Positions 60,536 to 64,000 of a DNA stretch of 64,000 nt are shown here, one piece after another. The notes beneath the pieces are model-generated. The model was given only the letters and a program-made list of their open reading frames with translations. It ran no database searches and had not been told where the DNA came from. Origin of the DNA: Trueperaceae bacterium (lineage in GTDB: Bacteria > Deinococcota > Deinococci > Deinococcales > Trueperaceae); the NCBI GenBank assembly GCA_965214405.1, contig OZ243956.1:3776001-3840000 (forward strand), in the 5' to 3' direction. Each line of letters starts with the position of its first letter. The first letter of the stretch is position 1. A program made the translations under genes and the position numbers.

Positions 60536-61234
60536 CTAAAACTCCGTTTTTTGCCCCATCGGGTGAAAGAGGATGTTGTCTAAGCGCATCCGCGCGGGGC
60601 GGGTGAGGGCGTAGAGAATGGCGTCGGCCACGTCTTGAGGAGAGAGAGCGTTTTCGTCCACGGCCTGCGGCTGGCTGTCGCCGAAGTGGGTGGCGACCAC
60701 GCCGGGGCGCACCTCGCTCACGCGGACGCCGTCGCCCTCGACCTCCATTTGCAGGGCGCGCGTAAAGGCGCGTTGCGCGAACTTTGACGAGGTGTAGAGG
60801 CTGCCGTTCGCAAAGGTGCGCGAACTCACGTCGGAGGTCACCACGATGATGTGCCCGCCCCGCTCGCGGACGCTCGGTAAAAAAGCCTTGGTCACGAGAA
60901 ACGTGCCGCGCACATTAACGTTGTAGATGCGGTCCCATTCTTCAAGGCTGAGCGCCTCAACAGACTTGAACACGCCGACGCCCGCGTTGTTAACGAGAAT
61001 ATCTACCGCGTGATGGTCTAACACCGCCTGAGCAAAAGCCGTGACGCTGGTGGGGTCGGCAACGTCAAGCTGCAAACCCTGGATGTTGGCGTGCTCGCTC
61101 TCGAGCGCCTCCAAATCCTCCACCGAACGCGCCCCCGCGTAAACGGTCGCGCCCGCGTAGGCGAGATTTAGGGCCGTAGCGCGGCCAATCCCGCGGCTCG
61201 CGCCGGTCACAACGGCCACTTTGTCTTTAATCAT
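60536..61234 (-). CDS. SDR oxidoreductase
   Basis: TGASRGIG, NNAG, YTSSK. Confidence 0.93.
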   Translation of the reverse strand: MIKDKVAVVTGASRGIGRATALNLAYAGATVYAGARSVEDLEALESEHANIQGLQLDVADPTSVTAFAQAVLDHHAVDILVNNAGVGVFKSVEALSLEEWDRIYNVNVRGTFLVTKAFLPSVRERGGHIIVVTSDVSSRTFANGSLYTSSKFAQRAFTRALQMEVEGDGVRVSEVRPGVVATHFGDSQPQAVDENALSPQDVADAILYALTRPARMRLDNILFHPMGQKTEF

Positions 61235-61370
61235 TCGCGGTCACTTCCTCTATGTATGACTTGATGAAACACTTTTTAACCTCACTTTTTAACCTGGTTT
61301 GTAACTTTCGAGTGAGCGTAAGGTGTTTTCTCCCCACTTTCCTACACTCTATCTTCCTGTCTCAGAATTA

Positions 61371-61925
61371 CTAAAGCGTCGCCGCCTCGGGCGGGGCGGG
61401 GTGCCCCTCGCGCCACCGCGCCGCGGGCAGTTCCATCTGCACGTCAGTGCGGCCCCCGCCCGCGCTCACGCGGCGCACCTCGGCGAAACCGGCCTTGCGA
61501 AAGGCGGCGCGCGCGCGGGCATTGTCGGCAAAGGTGCTTAAGGTCACGCGCTCGAGCCCCAGCTCGTTAAAGGCGTACTCCAAGAGCGCGTGAATCGCCT
61601 CGGGGCCGTAGCCCCTGCTCCAGTGCGATTTTTCGCCAATGATAATGCCCAGCGTGGCCGAGGCGTGCCGCACGTCGTAGAGTTCGATGGTGCCGATGTA
61701 GGCGTCCCTCTCGTCAAACACCCCAAAGGTCTCGCGGTCGGCGCGGCGGCTGTCGGCCTTGAGCACGCGCTTCAAAAGCCAGAGCGGCATCCGGTTGGGC
61801 GGGGTGCCGTTTAAGTGCGCGATTTCGGCGTCGCGGAAGTGCGCGTGGATGCGCCGCCAGGCCCGCCCGTCGAGCTCAGCGAGCGGCCTTAACGTCACGC
61901 GTTTGTAGGAGAGCGGTGCGCCCAT
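61371..61925 (-). CDS. RimJ/RimL-type GNAT acetyltransferase
   Basis: IGEKSHWSRGYG, NARARAAFRKAGF; leaderless start TACAAT-6 nt-ATG. Confidence 0.87.
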   Translation of the reverse strand: MGAPLSYKRVTLRPLAELDGRAWRRIHAHFRDAEIAHLNGTPPNRMPLWLLKRVLKADSRRADRETFGVFDERDAYIGTIELYDVRHASATLGIIIGEKSHWSRGYGPEAIHALLEYAFNELGLERVTLSTFADNARARAAFRKAGFAEVRRVSAGGGRTDVQMELPAARWREGHPAPPEAATL

Positions 61926-62349
61926 GCGCCGATTGTATCCCGCGGTTTTGCTGCGGGTTCCGTGCAGCGAAACCCACAAAGCCACGCCCGCCGCTGTCAC
62001 AACGGCTATCATAAACATGACCGTCACGCTAAAAGTCGTCATCCTGTCAATCCCGTCGCCTTATGGAGTCGCTACACCAGCTTCCGCTCATGGTGCGCTC
62101 CAAGCTACCGTCAGCTTCATCTTTACACAACACGCTCTGACGCAGTCTTTTGTAAAGCAGCTTTCTATAAAGTTGAGTTGCCGCCAAGCGTTCTCACCGA
62201 AACATGGTGACTGGCTAAAAACATCTTCAAAGACGTTCCGGCTGAGGCCGGTGGGCGTCATGAATGGTAGGGTGAGTGAACTTTCGGCGTGGGCTCTCGA
62301 GCGCGTGTGGCTGCTTAACAATCAGCCGGGCTCGAGCCTTAGGAGATAA

Positions 62350-63318
<969 letters not shown>

Positions 63319-63360
63319 TAGGCTCAGATGTCTGTAATAACCTTGTCTCGAGGAGGCCGT

Positions 63361-64000
63361 ATGCGTCACGTTCGCAGGTGGAATAGGGGCCGTCTGTTTT
63401 TGGCAGCCCTCGTAGGTTGTGCGCTCGCCGCTTGTGCTCAGGAGACCCCTGGCGGAACTTATGTACGTCCTGAAAAAGTGCTGGCCGAGCGGTTGGAGGG
63501 CTTCGGAGGGTTTTTCTACAGCGATGAAGGCTTTCCTACCCTCTTGCTCGCGGTCGAAGGCTCACTGACTAGGGTGGGGGAGCCGCTCGAGCTTCCGAAG
63601 GCCGAGTTGACGCGCATCAAAGATTTGTTTACTGAGGTGTATGGTGAGGAAATCTTCTATGCTCAACCGCCTATGGGGGAGCGCCCCGTACCAGGAGAAC
63701 CCCTCAAGGAAGCCGAACTGCGGGTAACTGCCGCCCAGTACAGTTTTGCTCAGTTGGACGGGTGGGCGGACGAACTCAACTCCTTTATCCTTGGACCTCA
63801 GGACGGTGCATTTAGTGCATTCTTTAGCATTGACTCACGTGACGAACGCGCTTTTGTCACCATAAGCCTCGAGGACGTAACCGACGCCGAAAGCATCAGG
63901 AACATCGAGCGTCTTTTACAGGAGAACAAAATCCCGAGAGAGGCGGTGGTTTTTGAGCAGGGAGACGTTATAGGGACCACAGGCGGTGGTTCTTCACCGT
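63361..64000 (+). CDS. Hypothetical lipoprotein (runs off window)
   Basis: GGAGG SD; MRHVRR...ALAAC lipobox; open to the window end. Confidence 0.7.
   Translation, partial: MRHVRRWNRGRLFLAALVGCALAACAQETPGGTYVRPEKVLAERLEGFGGFFYSDEGFPTLLLAVEGSLTRVGEPLELPKAELTRIKDLFTEVYGEEIFYAQPPMGERPVPGEPLKEAELRVTAAQYSFAQLDGWADELNSFILGPQDGAFSAFFSIDSRDERAFVTISLEDVTDAESIRNIERLLQENKIPREAVVFEQGDVIGTTGGGSSP

Noticed and set aside
61924..62349. 141-aa ORF upstream of moxR
   Set aside because: No motifs; overlaps the divergent GNAT promoter; may be a remnant but cannot be supported

Overview
GC-rich bacterial chromosome segment. Gene content, many apparent leaderless starts and abundant CTCGAG suggest Deinococcota (Truepera-like); this is an inference. 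From left to right it contains: the 5' part of leuS with a leader-peptide attenuator; an IS4-disrupted EVE-domain/nuclease gene; tandem Uma2 genes; and an 11.4-kb integrative element in tRNA-Ala(TGC). The element has 53-bp att repeats, arm-type sites, a truncated integrase and methylase, a primase-helicase with internal iterons, xis, and a low-GC three-gene cassette around a SecB-like chaperone. After it come a mazF/dppB deletion scar, a sugar ABC/gluconokinase operon, a zrg-like zinc operon, an IS5, a ~11-kb copper-trafficking cluster, phoU/phoBR, tRNA-Ala(CGC), an ISNCY-type transposase and housekeeping genes. The best novelty candidates are: (1) a His-rich membrane leader ending in RAPP whose arrest codons are complementary to the next gene's Shine-Dalgarno, inside a cluster of seven exported proteins predicted to start with His; (2) the X-SecB-nuclease cassette, a possible new toxin-antitoxin-chaperone defence system; (3) the leuS attenuator. 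All calls come from reading motifs by eye; no searches were run.
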